In this document: positions 41,730-53,289 of the stretch, one piece after another | Numbering within the stretch: position 1 is the stretch's first letter | Layout of the letters: each line of letters begins with the position of its first letter | Source: Lama glama | Taxonomy: Eukaryota | Assembly: GCA_028534125.1 (NCBI GenBank) | Contig: CM052818.1 | Location: forward strand, 2,482,001 to 2,546,000 | Direction of reading: 5' to 3' | DNA length: 64,000 bases | Notes under the pieces: model-generated | Seen by the model: the letters and a program-made list of their open reading frames with translations, nothing else | The model's database searches: none | What the model was told of the DNA's origin: nothing | Translations under genes and position numbers: made by a program

Positions 41730-43277
41730 GTCAGAGTTGTATACAATGTGTAATATAGCTTTCAGCCCTGAATCCTTGAGCTAAGAGCAGTATGTTTTTT
41801 TTAAATTGAGTTTCATGAGAGAAAACAACTCCCCTTAAATAGTTACTTTTAAGCAAAGATGAAATTTTTGTATAGTGAGTTTTGAATTTAGAATAATTCA
41901 AAGGTATTTGAGGAATTCTGTTGCTCTGATGTTACAATATTCAGTTTTTAATACTTTCATCTGTAGCTATCCATTCACATTATTGCTACTAACTGAAAAA
42001 AGTTCATTTTCATAAAGTGTAAAATCAAAAAGCCTGCTTGGAATTCAGTTTTAAATTCCATAATTTAGGGGATGAAGTTAAGGCCATAATTTTCATTTCT
42101 GGAAACCAGCTTCAGCATATGAAAAGTGATCCTGGTTAGTCCTTCCAAAAAACATATATATTTACTACAAATGGGAGAACTGAATCATATAAATGTGGCA
42201 CTCCTTGTGAATGCTCATGGAAAAAATTTTTTACAGTATTTAGATGAGCTGTGATGTCAACCAAAAAAAGCCATATCTTTGAACCATTTATCACTGGTAA
42301 ACTGAGGGTAAAGACTTTCCCTTGGATGACAAGTACAGATTGATTTCTTACAACAGATTAAAAAAAAAGCACTGTCAGCCCTAAACAACATATTGGAGAC
42401 TAGAGTTGTGCATACTATGAATCCTGAAAATCCTTGAGACACCTGAAGTTCAAGAATCAGTATCCAATTTACAGTAATAATTACTATTTTGGTTGCAATT
42501 TTAAGCTTTTGGCCTAAAATTATTCCTAGCAAAATCTGCAATAAACAAATTATTAAATCCATGGCTTGTCTTTTCAATATGGTCCAATGTACTGTCTATA
42601 ATCAAGCTAATATATTTTTACCCATTCACATTACATTTTGACAGAAATTTCTAATATACATAAGTGAGTTATTTGATACTGGCCTTTTCATGGGCAACAA
42701 GACCAAAAGTTCTTCAACTCCTTCAAATTTTCAGATACCACAAATTTTGCTGTGTGATATTATTTATATATGTATTTTCACGAGCTTAAATTGAAAATGC
42801 CGTGAATAATTTAAATTCATAATACCTTTTAAGTGTTTGGTCATATCTTCAGTATGCTATGAAATATAATTATGAAGTCTAATTAGAAATACTATTTCCA
42901 ATTATATTTACATTTATTTAGTTTTTTTTCCCTGTTTGAAGTACATAATTTCTGCTCTACTCTAAAGGCACTGCTTTAGGAATTTCCTATTGATGTAACG
43001 TATTGAGGCCCAGGAAATTTTTTCATCAAATAAATAACTGCATGTTGTAATGGTGTCCCATACTTAATTCCCACTCAAACACAAACCCTATTGTATCGTT
43101 TCTGTGTACTAGTTATGGTGCTTACTATGTATGGTTGGTTGTAACTGCATCTTAATTTGCATATTTTTGACACAGATACAATTTGCATACTAAAACAGGG
43201 GCATTCTGTGCTTCCACAAACAAACAAAAAAATCTCTCCTTTTTTTAATAATGAATAGACCTTTTTCCTTCTTAAAG
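41730..43277 (-). pseudogene. Disrupted Charlie8 transposase (GTF2IRD2/EPM2AIP1-like hAT family)
   Basis: Hand translation gives FVEAQNAP (43197-43220), GQKLKI..TVNWI, KWFKDMAF/VDITAHLN and MLKLVSRNENYGLNFIP* (42068-42118). These are colinear with recalled GTF2IRD2 FVEVQNIP, AQKLKM..SVNWI, DWIRDLAFLVDMTMHLN and TLKLVSRNESDGLNYIP. Multiple stops and frameshifts. Confidence 0.85.
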
Positions 43278-45192
43278 CTACAGTAGAAAAACAGCATCAT
43301 AAGTACAAAGGATAAAGGGCTACTGACACTTAGCCTAGATACTGGGGGCAGGAGGGAATGGTGGGGACATCTAAGTGGAGAGCACATGCCTTTCTAAAAG
43401 GGACAGGCACTCCCCAGTGCCAGCCTATTGCAGCCAGGTACTACTGTAATCTCAGTGGTCTTAGAGCTTCCAGGTCTTTAAACACTGGAAATGCAGATTT
43501 GTGTGTGTGTGTGAAGCTGCTTTATTTTAAAGTGTTGGCAACTAATTCAAAACATACAAAATACTGTAAGGGCTCAACAAATGGTCCACAGCCAATCAAT
43601 CTGAGACACCTTCCCCTCCAAATACCCTCCCCTAACCCATCATAAGATTCAAATCCTATCAACATTGACCTATATTCTTAGTAAAACTTGCAAAGCAAAC
43701 AGTAGTCTTTTTACACAAAAGGCCTCCCTTCTTTGTCTGGAGCTTAACGGTCTTCTACCAAACTTTGGTTAACTGCCCAGAACACTCAGTTGTGTCTAAA
43801 AAGCCTAATTTTTTTTTTTTGCCTTTTTAATGGCCTCACCTCCTTTTTGTCATCCAAACTGCCTTGTTCTAATGAAACTGAGCTCAAAATGGAGTTAGTT
43901 CTTTAGCTTTTCTAAACTAAGCCTGTGGAGAAAAATAAATAAGAAACAAGTAAGAAAACTCCTGGGATGAGAAATTCTTGTTTTGTTTCTGCAGCCAGTT
44001 CCTGTCAAAACTCCTAAATACATGGCACATAGTCTGTCTGTCTACCTGCAAAGCTATTAGCCCTCCAAGCTCTAGGCAGTGTTGAACTTAAACAAATTGC
44101 CAGTCACTCTCCGGACTGGTACGGAAACCAGTCTGGGACCAACTGAGAAGCCTTCTAAATTATCTATTTAGCTCATCACTGATTTGCCTCATAAATCTAA
44201 ACAAGTTGCTTAAAACAAGCAAGTAACTCAGCAAACAAAACAAACCCAGAATACAAATTGTAACTTCTCCATCAACCAGAATTTTCAGATAGATAATTTT
44301 ACATGAGCAGGCAAATTAAAATCAAAACTTTGCTGGATGAATTTTGTAAGAGAAAAATGTGTGCTTCAGTGGAAAACTATGCTGCATTTAGATCACACCC
44401 TCCTAGATTACTGAGTCCAGCCTTCCATTGCTGTTGAACTATTTTACTTTGTTAGTTACTACTGAAGAATACTGATAATGGTGCAAAATAACTCTTGCCT
44501 CTAGGCTTGTAAATTCTGTCTGGTAGAGGTTTAATTGACTTTACTGTGGAAGAAGCCACTTCTGCCTTTGTCTGCAAATTCATTTCAATATTCCTCATCT
44601 ATAAACGTGTCTGTTCTTTGGATTCTCCCTTTGCACTGGCTGTAACATCTTACTGGTTCTCTCATGTCATTAATGAGTTAAATAAAATAAGTTATATAAA
44701 ATCATTTTATATCTGCATTAAAATCATGATTTTACCCATTTTTGAAAATTTTCCTTCAACAGCACATCTATCTAAGACAAGAGGGACTAATTCGGTGCTC
44801 TTAACCAAGGTTTTTTCAAAGCACAGGCTGGAGAATTACACAAACTGGGATTCAGATCCTGGCTCTTTGAGGCATTCAGGTCCACTGGACTACGCACCTC
44901 CAGTGGGAGCCATTCACATTGCAGTTTTTGTGAACATGCATCACTGTGTGGTGCTCTGCATAGGTCTGCACTGCATATATGGCAGCATCACCTCCACTTC
45001 ACGAGCTATCTGAGTGTGCATGGGTGTGTGCACTACAAGAATGCCTGTCCCATCCCTTTGCTTTGGTGATGATGAAATGTTTTATGAATAAAAAATAGAT
45101 GTATATGTGCTCAGCTATCATGATGTAAACAAACAGCATGGGGTAGGAGCGAATAGGTGGAGGAGATAAGAAAAGCTTCTAATAGCTTTGAT

Positions 45193-45420
45193 CAGCACTG
45201 TCCAAAAGAACTTTCTGCAATGATGCCAGTGTTCTACATCTGTGCTGCCCAATACAGTAGCCACTACCCACAGGTGGTTACCGAACACCTCAAATGTGGT
45301 TAGTATGACTGAAAAACTGATTTTTTAATTTAATTTTATGTTAATTAATTTATATTTAAATATAATATATTTAACTTACATTTGAATAGCTACATGTGAC
45401 TAGCGGCTACCTGGACCACA
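45193..45420. mobile_element. MER3-like hAT-Charlie MITE
   Basis: cagcactgtccaaaagaactttctgcaatgatg...gtagccact...gctacatgtgactagcggctac. Confidence 0.8.
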
Positions 45421-45479
45421 CAGGTATAGACAAACACCCAGTAAAAGGCAAACGGCTAGACTCAGAAAAATGGGAAATG

Positions 45480-45950
45480 TAGGTTTCTCAAGCTTTTTGC
45501 TTCAAGGACCTGTATGTTTAAAAAGCACTGGGTGAGACTCTAAAGAACTTTTGTTTATGTGGGTTATATTTATCTAGATTTATTACCTTAAGAAAAACTA
45601 AGAAATTTAAAAATCTTTATTATTAGTCCATTTAAAAATAATAAACTCATAATTTTTACGACAAAATAAATTTTCCAAAACAAAAAAATAAATTAGTGAG
45701 AAAAGTGGCACTGCTTTATATTTCTGTGTTCAGTCTATTGCAATATTATGTAGCTTCCAGAAAACTCCATCCTATGCTTGTAAGAAAAAGCATGTAACGG
45801 AATCACTTTGGGGTACATCTGAAACTAACACAACATTGTAAATCAACTCTACTTCAGTTTAAAGAAAAGAAAAAAAGAGCAAATATCATGTAAGTATTAT
45901 TACAAAAAGGGTCTCAGGAACCCCCAAGACTGCACTTTGAGAACCCCTTG
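45480..45950. mobile_element. hAT-Charlie non-autonomous element (MER119-like) with tiny L1 3' end inserted (~45795-45878)
   Basis: Ends ggtttctcaa / ttgagaaccc; similar to the copy at 62315-62803. Confidence 0.65.
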
Positions 45951-46608
45951 CCTAGTCAGAAGAACACAGCAATGGTTTACTGATACAAAATGTTGGATAC
46001 CCCCTTTCCTGGGGCCACTCTTCCCGTTGTTACAAACAGTTGACTTTGTCAGCCCCACAGGAGGTGACAGGCTGTTGCCTCCAGGTTACCAGTAGAGGGT
46101 AAGGATAAGGTACCAGGCAGAAGATGAGGAGGTTAAGAGAAAACCTATACCGTTGACCCTTGAACAACATGGGGTTAGATACACTGAACCCTCTCATGCA
46201 GTGGAAAATCCACCTGTAACTTTTGACTTGCTCAGAACTTGACTACTAATAGCCTACTGTTGACTGGAAGCCTCACCAATGACATAAACAGTAGCTTAAC
46301 GTGTATTTTGTATATTATATGTATTACATAGTGTATTTTTAGAATAAAGTAAGCTAGAGAAAAGAAAATGCTATTAAGAAAACTATAAGGAAGAGAAAAT
46401 ACATTTACAGTACTATACCGTATTTGATACTGTAACATCACATCTGTTTACAAGATGAATTGTCTGTCAGTACCTAGATCATATTATCTTATATGATACA
46501 AAACACTAGATTTTACATGTATTACTAACACTAGACATTAAAAATGAAAAGATAATGTGAAAAAGAAATTCATATTTATTTATACATAGAAATGCTGCAG
46601 AAAAAATG

Positions 46609-47181
46609 TGTTACAGCTCAGGGTTATAGCTCAGTGTTACAGCTCAGTTGTGACAGCAACCTGGATCCAGGCGAGAGACCAAGCAGCACTCGGAGAGTTG
46701 GAGAACTCAGGTTTATTACACCAGCAGACCCAGAGGAGTTAACACTCCGAGCTCTGGACCCCATCTGCAAGTTTACACAGGCTTTTATAGGCTGCCAGTT
46801 TACACTTTGCAACGTCATATGCAAATAAGGTATAATAAAAGTTGACTAATTAGGAACAAGTTTTGTAGAAATGGACCAATCAGGAAGGAAAGAAATAACT
46901 GATCAGGAGTGAGCTCCATGTAAATGAAGTACTACAAATGGACCAATCAGAAGTTAGGGAGATGGACCAATCAGGAGTGAAGGAAATAACCAATCAGGAG
47001 TGAGCTCAGGGAACCAACAGAATTATAGGGATAAGTTCCACTTTCTTAGAAGTAAGCCATTTCAGAGGCAAAAAGTGAGATAGAGCCTCTGGGCCAGGGA
47101 ACCAGATGGTGCTCGCAGGAGAGTAGTGGCCCTGCCTGGGGGTCCTGTCTGTCTTTTTATGGGGCTTCCCACCTCATAACA
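46609..47181 (-). mobile_element. ERV solo LTR, well preserved
   Basis: TGTTA...TAACA termini, flanks aaatg / acatg, AATAAA (minus) at 46712-46717, TATAAAA (minus) at ~46783-46789, repeated CCAATCAG units. Confidence 0.88.
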
Positions 47182-47430
47182 ACATGCACTGATAATGAAG
47201 AAGCAGCAATATGATTGCTTTATGGTAGCCTAGTGTAATTAACATGATTGTTTGTGGAAACCTAGCCTATACACTAATAATGAAATCATTATAAATTTTT
47301 TAACATCTTTACAGTCATATTCATAATACAGTATTGGAAACACTGTTACACTTAAAAAAAAAAAAACCACTTTCCTGTGATGATATGCTGATACACAGTT
47401 TCTCCAATTAGGAGAAAGACAGAAAGAGAT

Positions 47431-47550
47431 GGGGGAGGGTATAGCTCAGTGGTAGAGCACATGCTCAGCATGCACAAATTCCTGGGTTCAATCCCCAGTA
47501 CCTCCATTAAAATAATAAATAAATAAACCCAATTACCTTAAAAAAAAAAC
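47431..47550 (+). mobile_element. Vic-1-like SINE
   Basis: gggggagggtatagctcagtggtagagcacatgctcagcatgcac...gggttcaatccccagtacctcc + A-rich tail. Confidence 0.93.
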
Positions 47551-47831
47551 TTACAGATAAAAGAGAGAGGCATACTGTATGATAATGTAATTCTTTGAAA
47601 TCAAAGTCATAAAACAGTAAGAAAACTGATATATTATTAATTTCATATTAAATATCACTCATCTTATGCTTAAGGATAGACTAGTATTCATATGTATTTT
47701 ATACCTTCACAACATTTTTTCCTTAATTTTTTCGATATTCCTAATCTACAAAGTTTCTCTGCAAGTGTTTCAAATTGTTGTAAATCTCCAAAAAATTTTC
47801 CAGCATATTCATTGAAAAAAATCCATGTAAC

Positions 47832-47916
47832 AGAAAGAAGGAAAGGAAGAAAGAAAGGAAGGAAGGAAGGAAGGAAGGAAGGAAGGAAGGAAGGAAGGAA
47901 GGAAGGAAGGAAGGAA
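47832..47916 (+). repeat. (GGAA)n microsatellite
   Basis: More than 10 perfect GGAA units. Confidence 0.95.
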
Positions 47917-48876
47917 AAATATCTGTGTACAAGAGGACCCACGGAGTTTATCAGTACTCCAAGTGATTTCCTCTTCAGTCAGCAAGAAGGCCTTGTACTC
48001 AACACCCCAACCATGAAAAAAACTCTTCTTTTAATTGTCTCTTCAATGTTTTGATAAAGGTCCATCTTTTGTCTTTATTCTCTCTTTCTGTGCTAATCAT
48101 TTTTTTTAGAAAAAACTCTTTTTGAGGATGCTCTCTAGGTACTGATGTGAAATGCTCTCTATGATGACAGTACGTCAAGTGGAAAAAGCAATGGAAGAAA
48201 CCTGCAGATACACCTAAGAAGGGGAAAATGTAAATCTATTGTGATGTGGAAACGCATGAACTATCTCTGGAGGATAAGCAATAAACTAGTAATAATGATT
48301 ACCTAGGGCAGGTGAGTTGAAGGAATGGAAATGGAGATGAGGGACAGGGGAGAGAGGAAGACTCTCCCTTGTATACTGTGTATTAACTTTTTGATCTTTA
48401 ACCCTGTGAAATGATTGCCTACTCAAATTTTTAAAAATATATTGTCATACTTCCTTATCTTGGTGTAAAATTAAAACATCATTATTTTCAATGTTTGGTG
48501 AAATAATGAAAATAAAGAAAATAATACCCCCAAACTCCATCTCTCCAGAGATAACTGCTTTTAATACTTTGATGCACATACAGTGCAATCTTATCATGTA
48601 TTTGGAACTTGCACATTTACATGCCAACATGAGAACCTACCTGCCAGTCTCTTAATCCTCACAACAACAACAAAAAACCCTACTAACCTATAATAAGATT
48701 ATAAAGGCTTAAATAAAATAGAAAGTAGTAAACCTTGTGGATTAGCAGGGACACTTGAAAACTCCCCATTCATCTCTAGGGATTCGATGATTATTTCAAA
48801 GATACAAAGGTTTCAGCCTAGATATGTGAATACAGCCTTTCCTTTTTCCTTCTTGCAATCTAGCTCAAGGGTTTTT

Positions 48877-49744
48877 GTTTTTTTAACTAATTAATTTTTT
48901 ATTGAAGTATAGTCAGTTTACAATGTTGTGTCAATTTCTGGTGTACAGCACAATGTTTCAGTCATACATGAATATACATATTTTGTTTTCATATTCTTTT
49001 TCACTGTAAGCTACTACAAGGTATTGAATATAGTTTCCTGTGCTATACAGTATAAACTTGTTTATCTATATATATCAGTCAGTATCTGCAAATCTCAGAC
49101 TCTCAATTTGTCCCTTCCTACCCCCTTCCCCTCTGGTAACCATAAGTTTGTTTTCTATGTCTGTGAGTCTGTTTCAGTTTTACATGTAAGTTTATTTGTC
49201 TTTTTTTTTTTAGAGTCCACATATGAGTGATATCATATGATATTTTTCTATCTCCTTCTAGCTTACTTCACTTAGAATGACATTCTTCAGGGCCATCCAT
49301 GTTGCTGCAAATGGCATTGTTTTATTATTTTTTATGGCTGAGTAGTATTTCATTGTATAAATCTACCATAACTTCTTTATCCAGTCATCTGTCAATGGAC
49401 ATTCAGGTTATTTCCATGTCTTGGCTATTGTAAATAGTGCTGCTATGAACACTGGGGTGCAAGGGTCTTTTTGAATTAAGAATCCCTCTGGATAAATGCC
49501 CAGGACAGGATTGCTGGATCATATGGTAAACTTATATTTAGTTTTTTGATGAATCTCCATCCTGTTTTCCACAATGGCTGCATCAAACTGCGTTCTCACC
49601 AACAGTGTAGGAGGGTTCCCTTTTCTCCACACCCTCTCCAGCATTTATCGTTTGTGGACTTTTGAATGATGGCCATTCTGACTGGTGTGAGGTGAAACCT
49701 CATTGTAGTTTTGATTTGCATTTCTCTGATAATTAGTGATATTG
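48877..49744 (-). mobile_element. 5'-truncated young L1 with TSD
   Basis: L1 3'UTR and ORF2 C-terminus; TSD ta(g/a)ctcaagggttttt at 48861-48876 and 49745-49760. Confidence 0.95.
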
Positions 49745-50395
49745 TAACTCAAGGGTTTTTAAACTTTACTATGCGGAAGAACTCTTAAAGTGGCAAGCCT
49801 GAATCAATAATAATATTTACTACAATTCAATCTTTTTATACTTCTTTTAACCAAAGTAAAATGATACTCATAATTTTAAAGAATTTATTATTTTTCCCCT
49901 GACATTATGACAACTTTTCATTTTGTCAAATTTCTTCCATAACATGATTTATAATGATTGTACAGTTTTACATTATATAAATATATAGTGTGAATTATTA
50001 TAGTCTATGATTTAAATTATTTTATCATTTCCCTTTTTAGGGACATTTAGTTTTTCAAAGTTACATCATCATAAACAACATTGCAACAAACGTTCCAGTA
50101 ACTAACCCTGTATACATAGCCTTTGTTATTTCCTGAGAATAAATTCCTAGAAGTGGAATTGCTGGGTCAAATGTATCTAAAAAATTAAGGAATTTTAATA
50201 AGTATAAGTGATATGCCTTCCAACAGCCTAATTAGCGCTTACTGGGAAAGTAAATATAAGGTACTTAGGGGAAATGAGAGGATATTTTACTAATTCCATC
50301 TGTGAGTCTTCAGGTACCAAGTAAATTCCCAAATCTCAAACTGTAAAATGTTGCTCCTGTAACGTGTCATAAAGTCAAAAAGGAAGGTGACAAAC

Positions 50396-50429
50396 CTTGA
50401 TATCAAAAACCACAGCTCTGATGTGAAAG
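50396..50429 (-). other. Candidate 34-nt exon
   Basis: Acceptor attttccttgcAG, donor AAG|GTTTGT, unique sequence. Confidence 0.35.
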
Positions 50430-51617
50430 CTGCAAGGAAAATCTTGAGGATTCAAAGAGAGATCTCTATGACAGAGAAAACTCTTTTAGCAATGACATGT
50501 CACTGAGAGACGACAGAAAGATTTAAATTCTCAAAGCCTTCCAATTTAATTCCATTTTTAAGAAACCCCAGCATTTAATGGTAGTGGTTATAATATTCAA
50601 AATTATTAAAGGGTTTTATCATCCCATCCCTTTCTTGAAGGAGAAAATGCCATAACAGTCTCTGCTGGGGCTGACATTTCAATGGAGAAAAATAACATTT
50701 TTAATAAGCCCCCACTCTCCCAAATTTCATATTGAACACTATTAACAACATTCCAAATTTGGAACCTGAGTATTTAGTTGTGGGTGAAAGCAGGCCTAAG
50801 TAAATTAGGAAAAAAACCTTTCAAAATTGATGATTCTAACAATATACATATTTTTTCTTTTTTTTCTGTATTTGGCAACTTTTCTTTAAGAAAAGATAGT
50901 GTTATTACCATAAAATAAGAAAGCTCACAACTTATTATTTAAGAAACAAGTGTCTATTGCATTCCATTGACTACGGTGACATCAAAAACTATTTCAAGGT
51001 GAGATAAAAGCATACTATACAATTCCAGAAATCATAATGAACACAACGTAACTTTTTTCAAAACAGCAAATTCTTTAAATCATTCTATTCTCATGGATCA
51101 GTCCGAAATAAATTCTCCTGGCCACCACAAAATGTCCTCAGAAGCAAAAAGCAAAGATTCGCTACATTTTATAACTCCAACTCCCCTCCCTAAAACATAC
51201 TTAAACCTCAGCTAAAAGTCACTCAGAATCCAGACATCTAGGAACAGTAAAACACAACTCAAGTCCTTAAAGCAGATTCAAAAGAAAGAAAGAAAGAAAT
51301 GATAAATTAAGGGTCCTTTTTTGATTTTGCAAGGGAATTCACAGAAGCATTCACAGTTTTGAAGTGTGCATTTAAAACATTTCACTTTTCCTGATTACTG
51401 AATACGAGCATGGCATTTCTGTTTTCCAGCCCCTTCATAAGGACAATAATTACAGTATTCTACAATCTCCAATATGCCCTCATTTTTAAAAATCCATAAT
51501 TTTCAGAATCTCTGAAGGAGGCAGACTAAATTCCAGCACCTTTTTCTCAAGCCAGCAATCCCCTTTCCCAATTCTTACGGGACAAGAAATAAGCATTCCT
51601 TTTTGACTCAAACTAAC

Positions 51618-51722
51618 CCACGGGGACTTGGAAAAGGGCAAAGCAGGCTGAAACAATGTCACCAGAACTTGGACTGGGAAACCAGCGCCAAGAAACATGA
51701 CACAACATCACAGCGTTCCGTT
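51618..51722 (-). other. Candidate 105-nt exon
   Basis: Acceptor cattttgcAG, donor TGG|GTTAGT. Confidence 0.35.
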
Positions 51723-51919
51723 CTGCAAAATGTGTATCATTCTCTTCACTCCCGGCTCTCATCAACTTGCAACAAATGGCACAGAGATTAGGAGAGGGCA
51801 GTTATGGTACTTGTGTTTAGTATTCTGAGCAATTCACTTAATTACTCTAAGCGTCAGTTCTGCCTGCCTCCAGTGAAAGGACCAGAGGTCAACTCAGGCC
51901 ACAGAAATGAAAAGAAATA

Positions 51920-52265
51920 GCCGATGCTGCGAAGTGACCCCCAGACTGAGACTTGAGCAGTGTCCTAAACTGGCGTGCAGCCCGGCTTCCTGGATTCTCT
52001 CGGAACATGCAAATCGCTGCAATCAACAACCGGGCCGGGCGGCTGTCCGGAACCTCTCCTGCTCTGGGGAATGACCCGAGTCGCCAGCGCAGCCGGGATC
52101 CGGCACACGGCCGACATCCCTCGGCTGTCCAGTGGAACCCGGGCGGGGGCGCACACGCTTTTTACACCACTCCAAAATCGAACGTGGGTATGTGGTTGCA
52201 AGTAAAAGCAAGCCTAAGCAAATGGGGAGAGCGGGGGGCGCATGGAAACCCCTTAACATTGACGG
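51920..52265. promoter_or_regulatory. CpG-rich satellite island / alternative promoter
   Basis: CpG cluster, GC box gggcggggg at ~52141, octamer ATGCAAAT at 52007-52014. Confidence 0.55.
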
Positions 52266-52566
52266 CTCAAAACAGTATGCATGGTTTCTTCCTTTATTTT
52301 TCTGTACTTGAGAAATTCCTTTAATGAAAGAAATCTATTACTCGAAAGTAAGAAAGCTCAAAACCTATTATCCACGGAATAGAAGTGTCAGCGTTTTCTT
52401 CAAATGACTACCCTGACATCAAACACTATTTTTGGCTGAGATACCGCATATTATGCAATTCTGCAATGTAATTTTTTAAAGAACAATCTTTAGAAAGAGC
52501 CAAGTTCATCAGAGCTCTTTCACTGACTTCGAAGCGAACCAGAGACTATTTGACGAGACCTCATCA

Positions 52567-53066
52567 NNNNNNNNNNNNNNNNNNNNNNNNNNNNNNNNNN
52601 NNNNNNNNNNNNNNNNNNNNNNNNNNNNNNNNNNNNNNNNNNNNNNNNNNNNNNNNNNNNNNNNNNNNNNNNNNNNNNNNNNNNNNNNNNNNNNNNNNNN
52701 NNNNNNNNNNNNNNNNNNNNNNNNNNNNNNNNNNNNNNNNNNNNNNNNNNNNNNNNNNNNNNNNNNNNNNNNNNNNNNNNNNNNNNNNNNNNNNNNNNNN
52801 NNNNNNNNNNNNNNNNNNNNNNNNNNNNNNNNNNNNNNNNNNNNNNNNNNNNNNNNNNNNNNNNNNNNNNNNNNNNNNNNNNNNNNNNNNNNNNNNNNNN
52901 NNNNNNNNNNNNNNNNNNNNNNNNNNNNNNNNNNNNNNNNNNNNNNNNNNNNNNNNNNNNNNNNNNNNNNNNNNNNNNNNNNNNNNNNNNNNNNNNNNNN
53001 NNNNNNNNNNNNNNNNNNNNNNNNNNNNNNNNNNNNNNNNNNNNNNNNNNNNNNNNNNNNNNNNNN
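52567..53066. other. Assembly gap (500 N) flanked by exact 199-bp duplication
   Basis: 52368-52566 is identical to 53067-53265. Confidence 0.97.
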
Positions 53067-53289
53067 TTATCCACGGAATAGAAGTGTCAGCGTTTTCTTC
53101 AAATGACTACCCTGACATCAAACACTATTTTTGGCTGAGATACCGCATATTATGCAATTCTGCAATGTAATTTTTTAAAGAACAATCTTTAGAAAGAGCC
53201 AAGTTCATCAGAGCTCTTTCACTGACTTCGAAGCGAACCAGAGACTATTTGACGAGACCTCATCAACCTAACCCCACCCCAAAAGCCTG

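Larger units (their letters stand above)
41258..43612 (-). mobile_element. Near full-length Charlie8 (MER102-ended) hAT DNA transposon, decayed
   Basis: MER102-like termini (caagggtcacaaactcaaat at 41258; degenerate aatctgagacacctt at 43598-43612) and an internal transposase remnant. Confidence 0.85.
46150..47950. mobile_element. Tigger2-family (TcMar) element, interrupted by LTR, SINE and microsatellite
   Basis: TA + ccgttgacccttgaacaac terminus, MER8/Tigger2a-type body actactaatagcctactgttgactggaagcc, other end ttgaaaaaaatcc...ggaccc. Confidence 0.82.

Noticed and set aside
9076..43181. Shared 14-mer gacacagatacaat at ~9075 and ~43169
   Set aside because: Several chance 14-mer matches are expected in a 64-kb window
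43090..43182. Imperfect inverted repeat with terminal ACA suggesting a snoRNA or miRNA
   Set aside because: Lies within the Charlie8 transposase remnant; pairing is short and there is no convincing H/ACA or pre-miRNA structure
41780..43200. AT-rich stretch initially read as a conserved 3'UTR
   Set aside because: Explained by transposase homology
47431..47505. tRNA-like sequences with A and B boxes
   Set aside because: Dispersed SINE copies with A-rich tails and TSDs, not tRNA genes
52520..53170. 184 and 206 aa ORFs
   Set aside because: They consist almost entirely of Ns
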